The notes under the pieces are model-generated. The model searched no databases and was not told where the DNA came from. It worked only from the letters and a program-made list of their open reading frames with translations. DNA of 64,000 bases from Tubiluchus corallicola (Eukaryota; Animalia; Priapulida), in assembly GCA_030141605.1 (NCBI GenBank), contig JAQGDQ010000019.1, forward strand, positions 744,001 to 808,000, in the 5' to 3' direction. Shown here piece by piece: positions 24,401 to 37,000 of the stretch. The stretch's first letter is position 1. Each line of letters opens with the position of its first letter. The position numbers were made by a program, and so were the translations under genes.

Positions 24401-26727
24401 TAAAAAACTTGCTCATTTTGCCTACATGTTATAAAACTTTGCACAATGCTAAAATCCATCAAAGATTTTAGATTGACCTCACATCCAAATTAATCACTTT
24501 CATGAGTTCCAGTACTGTGCAAAGTTTCATAACTTTTAAGAGCTGTTTAGACGATCAGTTTTTTCGTCAAACTAGTGTGTCAGTTTTAATTTGACAAACT
24601 AGTACGATTGAGTAAACAGCGAAACTGACAAACTAAGTTTGACAACCAGAGTTTGATGGTATCAAACTGCCTTGAATTCATCAAACAAAATCGACAAACT
24701 CAGACCCGACAGCCAATAGCGACGCATTTCAACGATTTCGACGATTCAACGATCAGCACTGTGGAATGTTGGTTGATACTGGAACCTGGAGGGCAGGAAC
24801 AGTGGTAATACAAAGGAGATTTTGATTTTGCTTACAAAAAGAGAACTAATTTTACTGTACTGTTTTCTACCAAGCAACTAAACAATTTGTGACAGTACTG
24901 TAGGTGTGTAATGTAACGTTGGTTAGTTAAACTGAACTTCTTGCAATAAATAATCAAGTATTGCGGGTGTGACATATGCACATAATTATAAGAGTCATGC
25001 AACACCTCAACATTTAAATTTTTGAAAATCAGGCTGTATCTGCCTTTTTCAATTTTTCGCTGTAGCTATTTTTTCATCCAAACTTGTAACAATTTCTTAA
25101 TCCAATTTCTCTTTTTTTAGTTGTTCAATCTGAAGCTAGCCTAATAGATAACAAAGCACGTCTGCATAATGGTGCCATAATTTAACTCATACCTCTTGCT
25201 GAATAGTTATTGCCAGAGTTTCAAGGAGTAAAGTCTGATGTCGTCTAAACATGCGTCAGTTTTTAGATTGACAGTATTTGTTTGTCAGTTTAAAAACTTA
25301 TCTTGTAAACTGTAAATGGACCATTAGGTAAAATGAGCAATTCACAATTCTGCTGGACTATATGTCTGGGACCTGCTGGACATTTTTTGTTCATTTTGTC
25401 TTTTTTGCATTCTTTTTGCAGTCTAGCAGTTTTAAAATTCAACAACGTCAAACTAATAAATATAATTTTGTTTTTGTTTTATAATAAATCTTTAGGTGAA
25501 ACAGCTAATGTAATTGTGTGATCAGCACATTTTCGTTTTGTGACAGCTATTCTGAAAATGGCAGCCACTTTTGAAATGAAAATAACAGAAATGGGCCGCT
25601 TAGGCAAAATTATCCTACAACAGGTGTCATTATCACTTCTTAATATTAACTCTCTGGAAATTTCTTTTGATTTACATATTTTGCACAAAAACTAGGCGGC
25701 CAGTTTGTTTGTTTTTTGAATTTTTGACACTTTTTTGACATTTTTGACACTGCCAATTTTTTAAACTGGCAACAGTTTTCTTGGATTTAACATAATCAAA
25801 CAGATTGGCTATGTTGGCCACTTTCAGAAAAAGCAACCCTAAAACTGTACAAAAGCACTTTTTTTGGATTTTCTTCTACTTTATAAGGCTCATTTTTAAT
25901 ATTGCAAAAAAATTATGTCTGTACTTAATTTTCATATACAGCAACTGTATATTAAAAACAAAAATTCAAATAGAGCTAAAAGTTATAATTTCTGTAAGCA
26001 AAATAATATTTTTTAAATAAGTACCAACTTTGAATATCAATTTAAATTTGTTATTTTATGACAGTCAAATATACATGCTTTTTGTCAAGAGATTGTAAAC
26101 TATTTAGACTACTAAAAAAAACTCCTGCGAATGTTGTTTTCTAGCAGCTCACATTAAAGAACTATGGCAGACAGTTGTGATATAGAAATTTTATACAGTT
26201 GCATTGCACCTTGTAGCCGATTACATGACATAATACACATAAATGCATACTGGCATAAACTTAGATAAAAGAGTAAAAAACTTGCAAGGTACCTCAGTTT
26301 GGTTCGCACAGAATCCCATGGCCATTGAGAATGTTGCACTGCTGCATTCTTCTGTTCTTCTTCATCTTCATCGGATCCAGCTTTTCCTTCTTTACTGTCT
26401 CCAGCAACTTTACCAAAATCAATTCTATGTGCAAGCTTCGCTAAATTCTCTGACATAGAAAGTGGCCTAAACATGCAGAAAACGCATAAAATATCTATAA
26501 AGCAATCCAGTAATGATAATAAATTAGGAAGCCTCTTAGCAGGCATGACAATCATAAATGGACCTAATCGGCCTGTTACTACCTGGATGAAAAAAATTAC
26601 AATTAAGACTGTTATGCAAATGAGAAACTTACTGTACATATGTTTCCTGGCCGTCTAAGCCAATTTCTTGAATTTGGTTTTCGGCCAAAGCCTCAATAGA
26701 AACTTCGACAGATGCCGGAGTTGTCAT
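15440..26727 (-). CDS. MED17: Mediator of RNA polymerase II transcription subunit 17 (638 aa)
   Basis: 13 phase-compatible coding exons: 26727-26633, 26466-26293, 23638-23503, 22968-22779, 21972-21799, 21247-21114, 20942-20871, 20091-19823, 19129-19073, 18652-18515, 17574-17460, 16366-16218, 15653-15440 (1917 nt). Recognisable MED17 motifs: [99 protein letters not shown]. Probable 5'UTR exon ending at 29985; AATAAA (-) at 15244-15239. Confidence 0.95.
16626..17357. mobile_element. Tc1/mariner (pogo/Tigger-type) MITE
   Basis: TIRs CAGTAAGTCCTCGTTTAAC / GTTAAGGGAGGACTTACTG, flanked by TA on both sides. Confidence 0.8.
24054..25827. repeat. Nested decayed inverted-repeat elements in a MED17 intron
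   Basis: Paired ends AAAGTTGGTAACATAGTC / GGCTATGTTGGCCACTTT, TTGCTCATTTTGCCTA / TAGGTAAAATGAGCAA, TGTTTAGACGA / TCGTCTAAACA; boundaries approximate. Confidence 0.5.
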
Positions 26728-27099
26728 TTCTGTAAACTACACTGCTCAAAGAAAGAATAATATTGTCATTGTTCTAAGTTTAATAACAATAAAATTTAGT
26801 ATTATCTATTAACTAAGTAAGCAATAAGCATAACATTTTAAGCACCCAGTACTATGGGATCATCATAATCACATGTTATAGTATCAATAAATAATAATTT
26901 TTAATCAAATGGTTCACAACCCAACTGCATATATGCACTTACAGAATGGAAATGCCTTTGACTATTCTGAGTTTGTAGTTCTTGCTTATATGGTTTAATA
27001 GCAACTAATGTCATAGTAATGACGTAGAATGCGCTGCTACTCGTCAGTCTGCCACTAGTCAAAGGTTAATTAATGATGAACTGGCTATACTGTTTCTTT

Positions 27100-27960
27100 C
27101 AAAAAAGGCTCAACATACTGGAATTATGTTAGATACTCAATTCATTCTACAGTTAATTACTCTACAGCAAAAAATAGCAAGATCATCAGATTCTCAAAAT
27201 GGGTTTTAGGTGTCTGGGGAAGTGCTTCCAATATAGTGTGTAAAGCTGAATTAGGCATATACCCGCTGTTAATTAAAGCATCAACAACTCTTCACAAATA
27301 TCTATTAATAACACATATAAAGCCAGGAAATACACTATTTAAAAATGTGCATAGTTACCAGTCTCATGAAGAAGTGAAACAGCTTTATACAAAATAGGCT
27401 TTCCAAGATTTCAAACATATGGTGTACATGAAATTGATAAAATGTGTCTGAATCGCAAATTAAAAGAATTCAGTGATAAACTCAAATCAAGGCACAGAAA
27501 ACTATTTTTTACAGAGCAACATAACGATACTAGACAAAATGGTGGCAAAAACAAACTAAGATTTTACAGACATGTAAAAATCAATCATGAATCAGAAGAT
27601 TATTTAAAAATTACTTCTAATAAGAAACAGAGACAAAAAATTACAAAATTACGTATCAGTGACCATGACCTGGAAATACAATGCGGTAGACACAAAAATA
27701 AAAGAGGATGAAAGGCTTTGTCAATACTGTCACAACAATAACTCAAAATTAGTAGAAAATGAACTACACTACCTTTTACCTGTCCTTTGTATGAAGATAT
27801 TAGACAAAAAAATGAGCACAAAATATATAATCTATCTTTAACAAAAAGGTAATATATGCTCAGTAATGTGGGTTTTTCTGTCTCACTGACTCTTTCTGTC
27901 TCTACAAACCCAGAAGACCTTATTCACTTTGGAAACTATTTAAATGAATGTGATAAAAAC
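27100..27960 (+). mobile_element. Decayed non-LTR retrotransposon 3' fragment (ORF2 C-terminal CCHC zinc-finger region, RTE-X-like)
   Basis: Frameshifted pieces: KWVLGV....SNIVCKAELGIYPL, KLRFYRHVK, RQKITKLRISDHDLEIQCGRH, RLCQYC...VENELHY..TCPLYEDIR. Clade assignment is from memory only. Confidence 0.75.
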
Positions 27961-28510
27961 GCAATTATTTTGGTGGTAATCTGCGAGTGCTGGATAAACC
28001 TTGTGTTGTGATTGTGTAATTTAATCTCATTTGTGATTGTTTTAATTATTTAGGTTTTGTGTTTTTTCTTTGTAATTGTTGCATAAAGTGTTATTTTATA
28101 AGAGCACATAATTTCTTATTAGATTTAAGTAGGCTATTTAAGTAAGTTATACTATCATACTGTCATGATTAGGGGATATGCAAGTGCACTCGTAGAAACC
28201 CCACATTTTTTGCAAAATAACTGTCGATTAAGGAATTAAACTTTACTGTGGTTGGTGCGGCACCATGGCAGGCGGGTTATTCTATTCATTCACAGCTCTC
28301 ACAGAAAATGAATATTTACGAATATCAAGACATGGCCGCTCTTTACTATGTCCTCTACTTTTAGAATCAACAACAAAATTAAAGAATTTTTCAGGCAAAA
28401 ATGTTTTCGTTTCTAGTCAATATTTTATAAACTTCAATAAGATCTACACGGTGTCTTGAAGTTGTACAAGCTCATGTTTTTGCAACTGTGCGTAATTGTA
28501 TTTGTTATAT

Positions 28511-29662
28511 GGCAGTGACAAAAGGTACGGATCCGTATCCGGACTGCAGCAACTAAAAATACGGATCCGTGTCTCGAAAGCATTCACTAGAAAATATGGA
28601 TCGATCCGTACGGCGAACGATATTAACGAGAAAATACGGTTCGCTGTCAGAGAGGGGCCATATATCACTTGTTTAACCGCAACCTTAAATCCGCATCCGC
28701 TAGATCCGCTGATTGAGTGAAATTGAATATCCTCATAGATATCTATATTGCATAATCCATAGATAGGACACGCTGTGAATGCGCGCAACACCCCGTCAAT
28801 ATTACGGTGAGCGTGTCATGCTTTATTACTATAGCGTAAACATATAGTGTCTGCCTATTTTTGGTACAACAGGATTAGCTTAAAAAATCTTTTTTCTTAT
28901 ATTATGCTGAAGTTATATTTTTTCTGATATGAATATGTTTATATTGTCAATTGAATACATAAGCATCTTCCCATTGTAACAGTTTTATCTCACTAATTAG
29001 CATTGTTAGTGCTTGAATATTTAATAATGTAATGGATTACATAAGTTTTAGAGTACTTGCTTGACATTAGTCAATATTTCTACTGCTAAATACCTTTAAA
29101 AAGAATGTGAATATCCTATTACTGTGCATGTCCGTTTTAATTTTTAATAATTATAAAATGTTTTTACTGGAGTTCTGCTGCTTTACATGTAACTCTAAGG
29201 AAATTGCAACAACAGTGAACCATTGTCTGCATAGTGGCAAAATTATTAGAATTTAATTATTCAGTTAGAACATTTTTTACAAAATGCAAAATTCTAAAAG
29301 ATTATTTTTGAAGGATCAAGGTGCTTTGCTGCATTACTAAATGAGCATTCTACACTCACAGTGCAAAAAAGTTACAATGTAACTATTATATCATGAAGAA
29401 AAATGGTACCGAAGAAAGACGGAACGGCTACAAGCTGTATAATGCCATATCACCATTTTCATGAAGTGGGCATGTAGTATTTTTCAATAGTGTGCACGGC
29501 ACATGGTCAAACGCCGTATATCGTAAAAATTGTCAAAATCCGTTGTTTTGTAAATATCACAAAAACACGGATCCGTATTTGCTGCAAAAATAGCTAAGAA
29601 TACAGATCCGTAATCAGTATCGCAGAAAAGACGAGAACGGATCCGTACCTCTAGCCACTGCC
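28511..29662. mobile_element. Non-autonomous Mutator(MULE)-like DNA transposon
   Basis: Termini GGCAGTGACAAAAGGTACGGATCCGT and (reverse complement) GGCAGTGGCTAGAGGTACGGATCCGT; exact 9-bp direct repeat TTGTTATAT at 28502-28510 and 29663-29671; repeated subterminal ACGGATCCGT palindromes. Confidence 0.85.
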
Positions 29663-30009
29663 TTGTTATATTTTGTATTTCCTGTACTTTTGATTTTTTC
29701 GTAATTGTAATTTTTCCCATAATACGATATTGTTTTGTGAAATGAAACTGAATTGAATTGAAATTAAATAAGTTGTAAAACTCGTGTTTTTGCAGCGTTG
29801 CATAATTGTATTTGTTCTTCGATTTGTTTTGTAATTGTAACTTTTTGCTATGATACACTATTGTATTTGTGCAATAAATTGAATCATATTAAGACTTAAT
29901 TTCCTGCGTTTCAGAAAAGTATGCATCGCTTTCTGTTGTTAGTGTTAAGAAAAAAAACATGAATAACCAAAATAAATTTGTTACCTGCACACTGCCACTG
30001 CCAGATTGC

Positions 30010-30210
30010 GCGATCGGTATCGATCATCACAGCTGACGTGCTGCTACCTATCGGGAAATAAAAAGCCAACTAGGACAATGTGGTGGTTTGAACAAAGGTA
30101 GCCAATCAAAACGCCAGTACAATAGACTGCAGCCAATCAGAAGTCGTATTACAGTTTTTTTTAAGTGAACGAACGCTGACCGCGCAAAAAAATCGGAAAG
30201 CGCCAAAATC
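30010..30210. promoter_or_regulatory. Bidirectional MED17/LBR promoter
   Basis: CpG-richer patch between a - strand donor (29984-29983) and a + strand donor (30258). AGCCAATCA boxes with CCAAT at 30102 and 30133 (31 bp apart), E2F-like GCGCCAAAA at 30200-30208, TTTGAA at 30087, DRE-like TATCGATC at 30018, TGACGTG at 30035. Confidence 0.65.
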
Positions 30211-30483
30211 GTTATGGTATTTTGTGTGTAGAAAAGAGTTTATTCAGCAATATCGAGGTATATTGATGTAGCATGCAAAGTTTCACAAGTCACTTTATAT
30301 CATGACATACCACGTTAACGGTTTCTTATTTGTAAAATTCAAGTACTGTAACGTAAATTTTGTATAGGCTACCAGTAACTGCTTCAGCACTACTTGTACC
30401 CAGCAGATTTTATTATTAGGTTTACAGTTAATGCTTTCTAGCTTCACTTATAATTATTCTTGTCTTTGTTACTATGATTATTA

Positions 30484-31893
30484 TAGTAGTAGTAGTAGTA
30501 GTAGTAAATCTCCAGTAGTTATAATATAACTTTTGAGACAAATAGTTCTTCGACTGTAACTGCGACAAATTGCACATTCAGTAGATTGTCATCAACACCT
30601 AGGTGACTCCACTGGCAAGTTTTCTCACTATAATATGTAATCCAGCATCCTTGTTATAGGCATGTTCCAATTAGCACGGTGATTAAATTTCAATGGATGA
30701 TGTTCATAGTGTCTATCTAATTTTGATTTAAATAAATTTACAGATGTTGCTGTTCTCACATCACAGGGCAATCTATTCCAGATTTCTGGCATCGTACAAG
30801 AAAAATAGTCGTATTTACCAGTTTTGTGTGCAGTTCTTGATTTATGAAGAATAGGACCTGATCTTGCTGAACGATGTACTTCTAATTTAACAGGACAATC
30901 ATCACAGCTGTAAACTCCAGATACATATTTGTATACATCAATTAGTTGGCCACGTAAACGTCTAAAAGCTAATGTAGTTAAACCTATTCGTTTTAACTGA
31001 CTTTCATACGTCAAGTTCATTAGTTCCGGTAACATGTTGAAAGCTCTCATTTGGACAGTTTCGACTGGGTCCACTATATATGCCCTAGGACTATTCCAAA
31101 TACTACTTCCATACTCCACTTTTGATCGCACAAGTGCCACATATAGAAGCTTGAAAGTTTGCAGATCTAGGTACTTGAAATTCCTCCTTATTAAAGCATT
31201 GTTTCGTTTGGCATTCTTTATGATTTCTGCTATGTGATCTTTAAAATTTAGTTTATTATCAAGTAATAATCCAAGGTCTTTCTCACAAGTACTAAAGTCC
31301 AATTCTGCCGGAATGCCACTTGCATCATGCATTTTGTATTTATACTCATATCCTGCTCCCACAGATACAACCTTACACTTGTTGAGATGGAATTGCATAC
31401 CATTTTCAACTGCCCAATCACAGAGCCCTTCTAGATCCAATTGAAGATCATTACAGCTGGTAAAAGAATCAGATTCAGACCAGATTTTGCTGTCGTCGGC
31501 AAAAAGACGAAGAGAATTTCTCACACAACTATGCAAGTCATTTATAAATACCACAAATAAACACGGACCTAATACCGAACCTTGCAGTACACCACTAGTA
31601 ATCAATGACTCAGTCGATTTGTAACCATCAACACACGTACATTGACTTCTATTTTCTAAGAAGTTTACTATCCACTGTAAAACTGAACCAGTTATACCAC
31701 AATTTTTAAGTTTTGCAAACAGAAAGTGATGAGGTACAACATCAAATGCCTTTTTCAGTATTATATCAAAAGGCTTATTAGCATCTTTTAACTCAAACCA
31801 TGCATCGTAACATTGTAACAGTTGGGTAACCGTTGTTCTACCCTTAACAAACCCATGTTGTTCTTCACAAATAATGTTGTATCTTATCAGATG
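30484..31893 (-). mobile_element. 5'-truncated CR1-like LINE (reverse transcriptase ORF2 fragment) in LBR intron 1
   Basis: Open frame ~31893-30628 with QHGFVKGR, KKAFDVVPH, SGVLQGSVLGP, FADDSK, CEKDLG, and a CR1-type C-terminus (WNRLP..V....SVNLFKSKLD); (TAC)n microsatellite tail at ~30485-30505. Confidence 0.9.
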
Positions 31894-32550
31894 TTATATA
31901 CTATTATCTGTGTCACGCATTTCTTTCAGACGCACACACGCATCAAATTTCAGTTTTCATGCATGCATTTTGCAACTTCACTTGCAGGTTTACAAATCAC
32001 CTGGTTTCCTTTGCCAGATCAGTACCAACTAAAAACAATTAGTACTACTACTATCAATAGCACAGTATTTTTAATATGAATTTTAGTATTATATAATACA
32101 ATGTATACGCTAAGGCCTAGGGTATTACAATTATATTATTGAAAATTTTTATCAGTTTTGGTGCCTTTTTCACTTGTATAAAAGAACATATATTTATATG
32201 GTCAACTGCAATGACAGCATAAAAAAGCTCAATAGTATACAAAAATTACCTATATTGTTTGGTAATTTGATTTTGATACCAAAAGCATAATTTCTCCCCT
32301 GGACCCCTGCCAGGGACAAGGCGATCCCTCGCTTTCTGTGTTTTACACTCATTTTTACATCAAATGGTTGCCAGCTCTGGTATTGAATGGTTTAATGATG
32401 CTAATCTGTAATGTTGAATGCACTTCTCTCATTACACTTAGATTTGTTAGTGAATAATGAATTGTAAAGTTGTCTGAAGTTTAGCATTACTTTGCTCAAA
32501 AGACAGTTACATGATCTGATTATGTAATGTCAAAAGAAATGCTTTTGCAC

Positions 32551-32940
32551 TAAGGCTGAGACGGTTAACTATTTAAACGTTTAATCGACCCCTAACTGAG
32601 TAACTCGTGTAACTATTTAGAAAATCACTAACAATTTAACCATTAGTTAGTCAAGTTTTTTACGTATCTGTATTAATGAAACCTTGTATCTTTTCTGAGT
32701 TGGTGTACGAATTTAGCAATGGCCTGCTCACATAAAATTGTACTATTTACAACATTGTTTCAATTAATCTGGTTGCATAAGAATCGTCTAAACAGTAAAT
32801 TGCAAAAAGTTTTTCATTTGCGTATGTTACGAGGCTCTGCACCGCTTGTGCAAGGAATGTAAGATGTCATCGTGAACAGTTAACTGACCGCAGTTAATAA
32901 TGTTTAAATGGCTAATTAAAAAGCCTAACCATCTCCGCTA
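32551..32940. mobile_element. hAT-like MITE remnant
   Basis: TAAGGCTGAGACGGTTAAC ... CTAACCATCTCCGCTA termini with GTTAAC/TTAACC subterminal repeats. Confidence 0.4.
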
Positions 32941-34057
32941 AATTTTGCATATTAATTCTTACACTCTTCATATTGTTAGGTACAGTCGCCCTTTGATCGT
33001 AAAAGCACGAAATCTCTCTCAAACTGTACTAGATCGTTAACTGAATAATTATAACCAACAGTGCACATTTAGCAGCTTTTAGGAACAAAAGCCATAATAT
33101 GATTCTGCAATAAATAGTATTATTTTGCAGGATTTATTAATTTTATTGGTAATAAAAATCATTGTAGACATAACCATTATATTTCTTGACCTTGATTCTA
33201 TTCAAACATAGTCTGCAAAATAATATTAATTATTGTGGGACCATATTGTTAAGAGAAATTATGGATACTTCCTAAATTTAGTAAAATATAGACAAAAGTA
33301 CATAGTAGTTTTAAAGTAGGAGAAATTTAAGATCTGTGTTATTGCTGTATTAATCTGTACGTAACATCATTATCAAACTTTCCAAAACTTTCACTATGCT
33401 TGATGTAAAGTGGTAATTACTATAGCTTATCGAATAGCTTTTTGGCTACCTACCAGCTTTTTTATGCAGAGTGCTTTGGTAAGACACAGTGTGCTCTTCT
33501 AATCACCAGTTAGCACCTAACATGCCATATATACATGTTCAAACAAATTCGATGTGCTAGCGAATACTGTATAGACCCAGTATTGCTTTCTACTCCTGGA
33601 TATTTGTTCTCATTTTAAGTATTTAAACCTTTATAATATAAACCTATTTGTATTATAATTTTACTATGTATTAATACTGATATAAGCATGGGTCTGTATG
33701 TGGCTCTACTGATGATCACACCCTATCTATGTAAGACTGTCATGCCTTTGTTCACTGTTATCAAAGAAACTTGATCGATGTCAGCGAGTTTAAATCATTT
33801 GTAGCCGAATTCAAGTTTCCTTGTCATGATAAATTTCAAAACCACTTTTTTGTTAAATTATGACACATAGATTCCAGTGATTACAGTGAGGATGTTATTC
33901 AAGATTTATAGTGGTACTGCTACTTTGGTTTCATTTCTATAGGAACTAGTTTTCTGTCGCTATAATTCATTTTGTAATGAAAATGATGTTGTGCAAGTTT
34001 TAATTTTTTCCTTTTACTGCTGTGCTCTGATTTATTTTATCTTTGATTTTTTTTTAG

Positions 34058-37000
34058 ATGTCTACGGGCAAGACACTTGCAAGACCAGTAGGTGAATTAG
34101 TCAAAGTTAAATCTGAAGCTGGGTGGAAACAAGCAAAGATTGTGGACAACAGAGGGCATTACAAAGTCAGACTGCCGAGTGGAGCTGTCATTGATGTTCC
34201 TGGTCGCGATGTTCGGGTAAATTCATTACTAAGTAATTATGCTTTTTGGACATTTATAACTAAACTTACTAAGTGCTAGAGTAGCTATTAATTTAACTTC
34301 AACAAACCTGCAACTTGCATTTGCTAAATCTGTATAGAATGATGAACCTTACAGCAAAATTAGAATTATGAGCACTGCTTGTGAAAATAGCTTTTTGTTT
34401 TGAGACCTCAATCACTGTGACTGCATTTATTTCATATACTTGTGACATTTATATATTGCCAACTGCTGAGTTTATTGCTTTCAACTTAGTTTGAAAATTT
34501 CTAAACTTCTTTCCTTTTCTAGTTTACTTTAAATAGATCTATAAATGTCCTACTTATACAGCTACATAAGCATTTTAGGCATAATTTACTATTGAACCTT
34601 TTTGCTTGTGAAAAAATACATAGTTACTTGCAAGAAGTATTTTGATTTGCACATAGATATGATTGGTCTCGAACTAACAGATCTTTGAAATTAGCACTTT
34701 GTACCTTGTGTAGTGTGTGTATGGTTATGAATAACTGCCAGATTATTTCTGAAACTCAGCCTAACAATTTTCTAACTGGTTTAACCTGTCTTAAGATAGG
34801 TTTTACTTTACAGACAGATTTTACTTTGTGAATGTGATCAGATTATTAATTATGTAATCAGTGCATTGAACTTCATTGGCTTTGCAGTCACTGCAGGAAT
34901 ATCAAGTTGCTATCACTAAATAGTACTGTTAAAATGCTCTAAAATAACTGGTGGTGCATATTAACGGAATTTATTTGTGTACTTATGAAATATATAAATT
35001 AATAATTAATAAAATTGTAGTGTCAAATATGTGAAACTGTGAATGGTCAGTCAGTTGTGAACTCATGGTCGGTGTAAACGTTACTGTGTAATATAAAAGT
35101 TTTGCTGATTTTTAATATTTGAGAAAACTGCTTAAAACGAGATTTTATTGGCTTGTTAAATTTTTCTAACAAGATTACAAACTAGCAACAGTCAATTGTT
35201 GCATGTGTTCTCACAAAATAATGTTATTAATGATTAATTTAGCTTGAAGATGCACAACAATCTGCCAAACTTTTCAGTTTTTTAAAGAAAGAATTTTTCA
35301 TGAAGTCATGCATTAGCTTGTTAAATAAACTTGCAAGATTTTTATAAAGTTTTCAGAACCAGTTTGCAGGTTCTATTTAATGTAGCTATATGTAGATTAT
35401 TGTGGCAGAACCTGATTGAGTGTCAAGGACAGTCCTTTAAGACTAACAACTGGCAGAACTGTCTTGGCTGCAGTGCATGCAATCTGTATCACTTAGTTAA
35501 TAGCAAAGGTCAGTGGTCAGTACCTCAGATAAAATTGCACAGAAGCAGTTTTCTTAGAGGTGTTTCATCTGTTTACTGACCAAGCATGACTTTGTAAGCA
35601 CATGCCAGAATTGTGCCAGTGGTTATTCTCATGAGCTTCATTTTTAAATATAGTGTTTATATTGGAGCATTATGTTTTACAAAATGACATGATTACAATC
35701 CATGGATTCAAATACTACATGTGTGCTGAGAAAGATTGCTCGACTCGAACAAATTGTGATGCAAACAGCGTCCACTATGTCCTAATACAAATTCTTTGAT
35801 CTGTTGTATCCATGACAAAACAATGGGTGCTATTTTGTAAAATACCAAAACTACTTTCGATCATATGGCAAAAACAGCGCTTGAGCAACACCTTTTTGAA
35901 GTATTGTTCAATATGCAGGCTAGAAATTTCTCTGTGCACAAGCGTGGCATTTAAATCTATGCATATAATTGTATTATGGTCTTTTAGATGCGCCTAGCAT
36001 CACAATTTTTAACTTTTTCGATTTTTGCATATATTTGTATGCAAATAAATTACAAATGATTTGTTAGAAGGCCTATATTCTGTAATAAGGTATTTAGCTT
36101 ATTACTTTGAATAGAGTTAAATTTTGTTAATTTTTAGGCAGTTAAAACTTCTCCATCTCGCTCTCGGTCAGCGTCTCGTGGTAGAGGCCGATCCAGCTCT
36201 CGTTCCCGGTCACCAGCTCGCACAAAGGCTAAAGCTGCAAAAAGTGCTGAAAGTACGCCACGGAAAAGGTACTCAAGATTGAGCAAAGTCTAACATTGAC
36301 TTATTGAGTGTACAAAATAATGGCAAAAATTGGGTAATTACATAGTGTGATTTAGATACAAGCTGAGCAATTAGCACTTTAAACTTTATTTATTAGAGGT
36401 TTTACTCTGTTTTGGGTCCTCTTTTTTTGTAAAGGATTTCAAGAGCAGACTGAAGTAAACTTTTAGACTGCAAATATTAACCTAGTTACAAAAATGTTAA
36501 AAAGTTAAAAGCTGTGTTTTATTTCTCTTTAAATCTGCAAATGACCATTTTTGTAGACTAAATTTATGGTTCTTCACTAGTAAATCCTTGTCAATAAACA
36601 CTTCAGAGTTGCTCGCAAATGTTTTAAATACAGAAATATTAAATGTATGTGAGAAGAGTAGATGGCACACAGCTTGTGGATTCTAACATAAACAAGATTG
36701 TCAAAAAATCAAGATATAAGTAATTTACAAAGAAAAGATAGTTTTTCAGTTCAACAGAGTCTCAGCTGAAGTGTAGGTAACTGGAACTGATGCTAATAAG
36801 TTGTCATTTGTATCTTGTGGCCCTGATGATGGGGAGCAGCACTCGTTTCAAAATTACTAGAACATTATTTAAAACTGCAACAATTGTGCCTACAATTTTA
36901 GATTGTATAAGAACAATCAGCCGAAAAGCCATCAATCAAATAAAAAAAACTGTGCAGCAGTTTTTATGTCTTATAAAATTTAAAAGAATTTTTAATTAAG

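Noticed and set aside
28444-29858. ORFs 28444-28791 and 29484-29858 with similar peptides (IRIR/TDPY)
   Set aside because: Translations of the ACGGATCCGT subterminal repeats of the DNA transposon, not genes; the repeats are irregular and not a CRISPR array.
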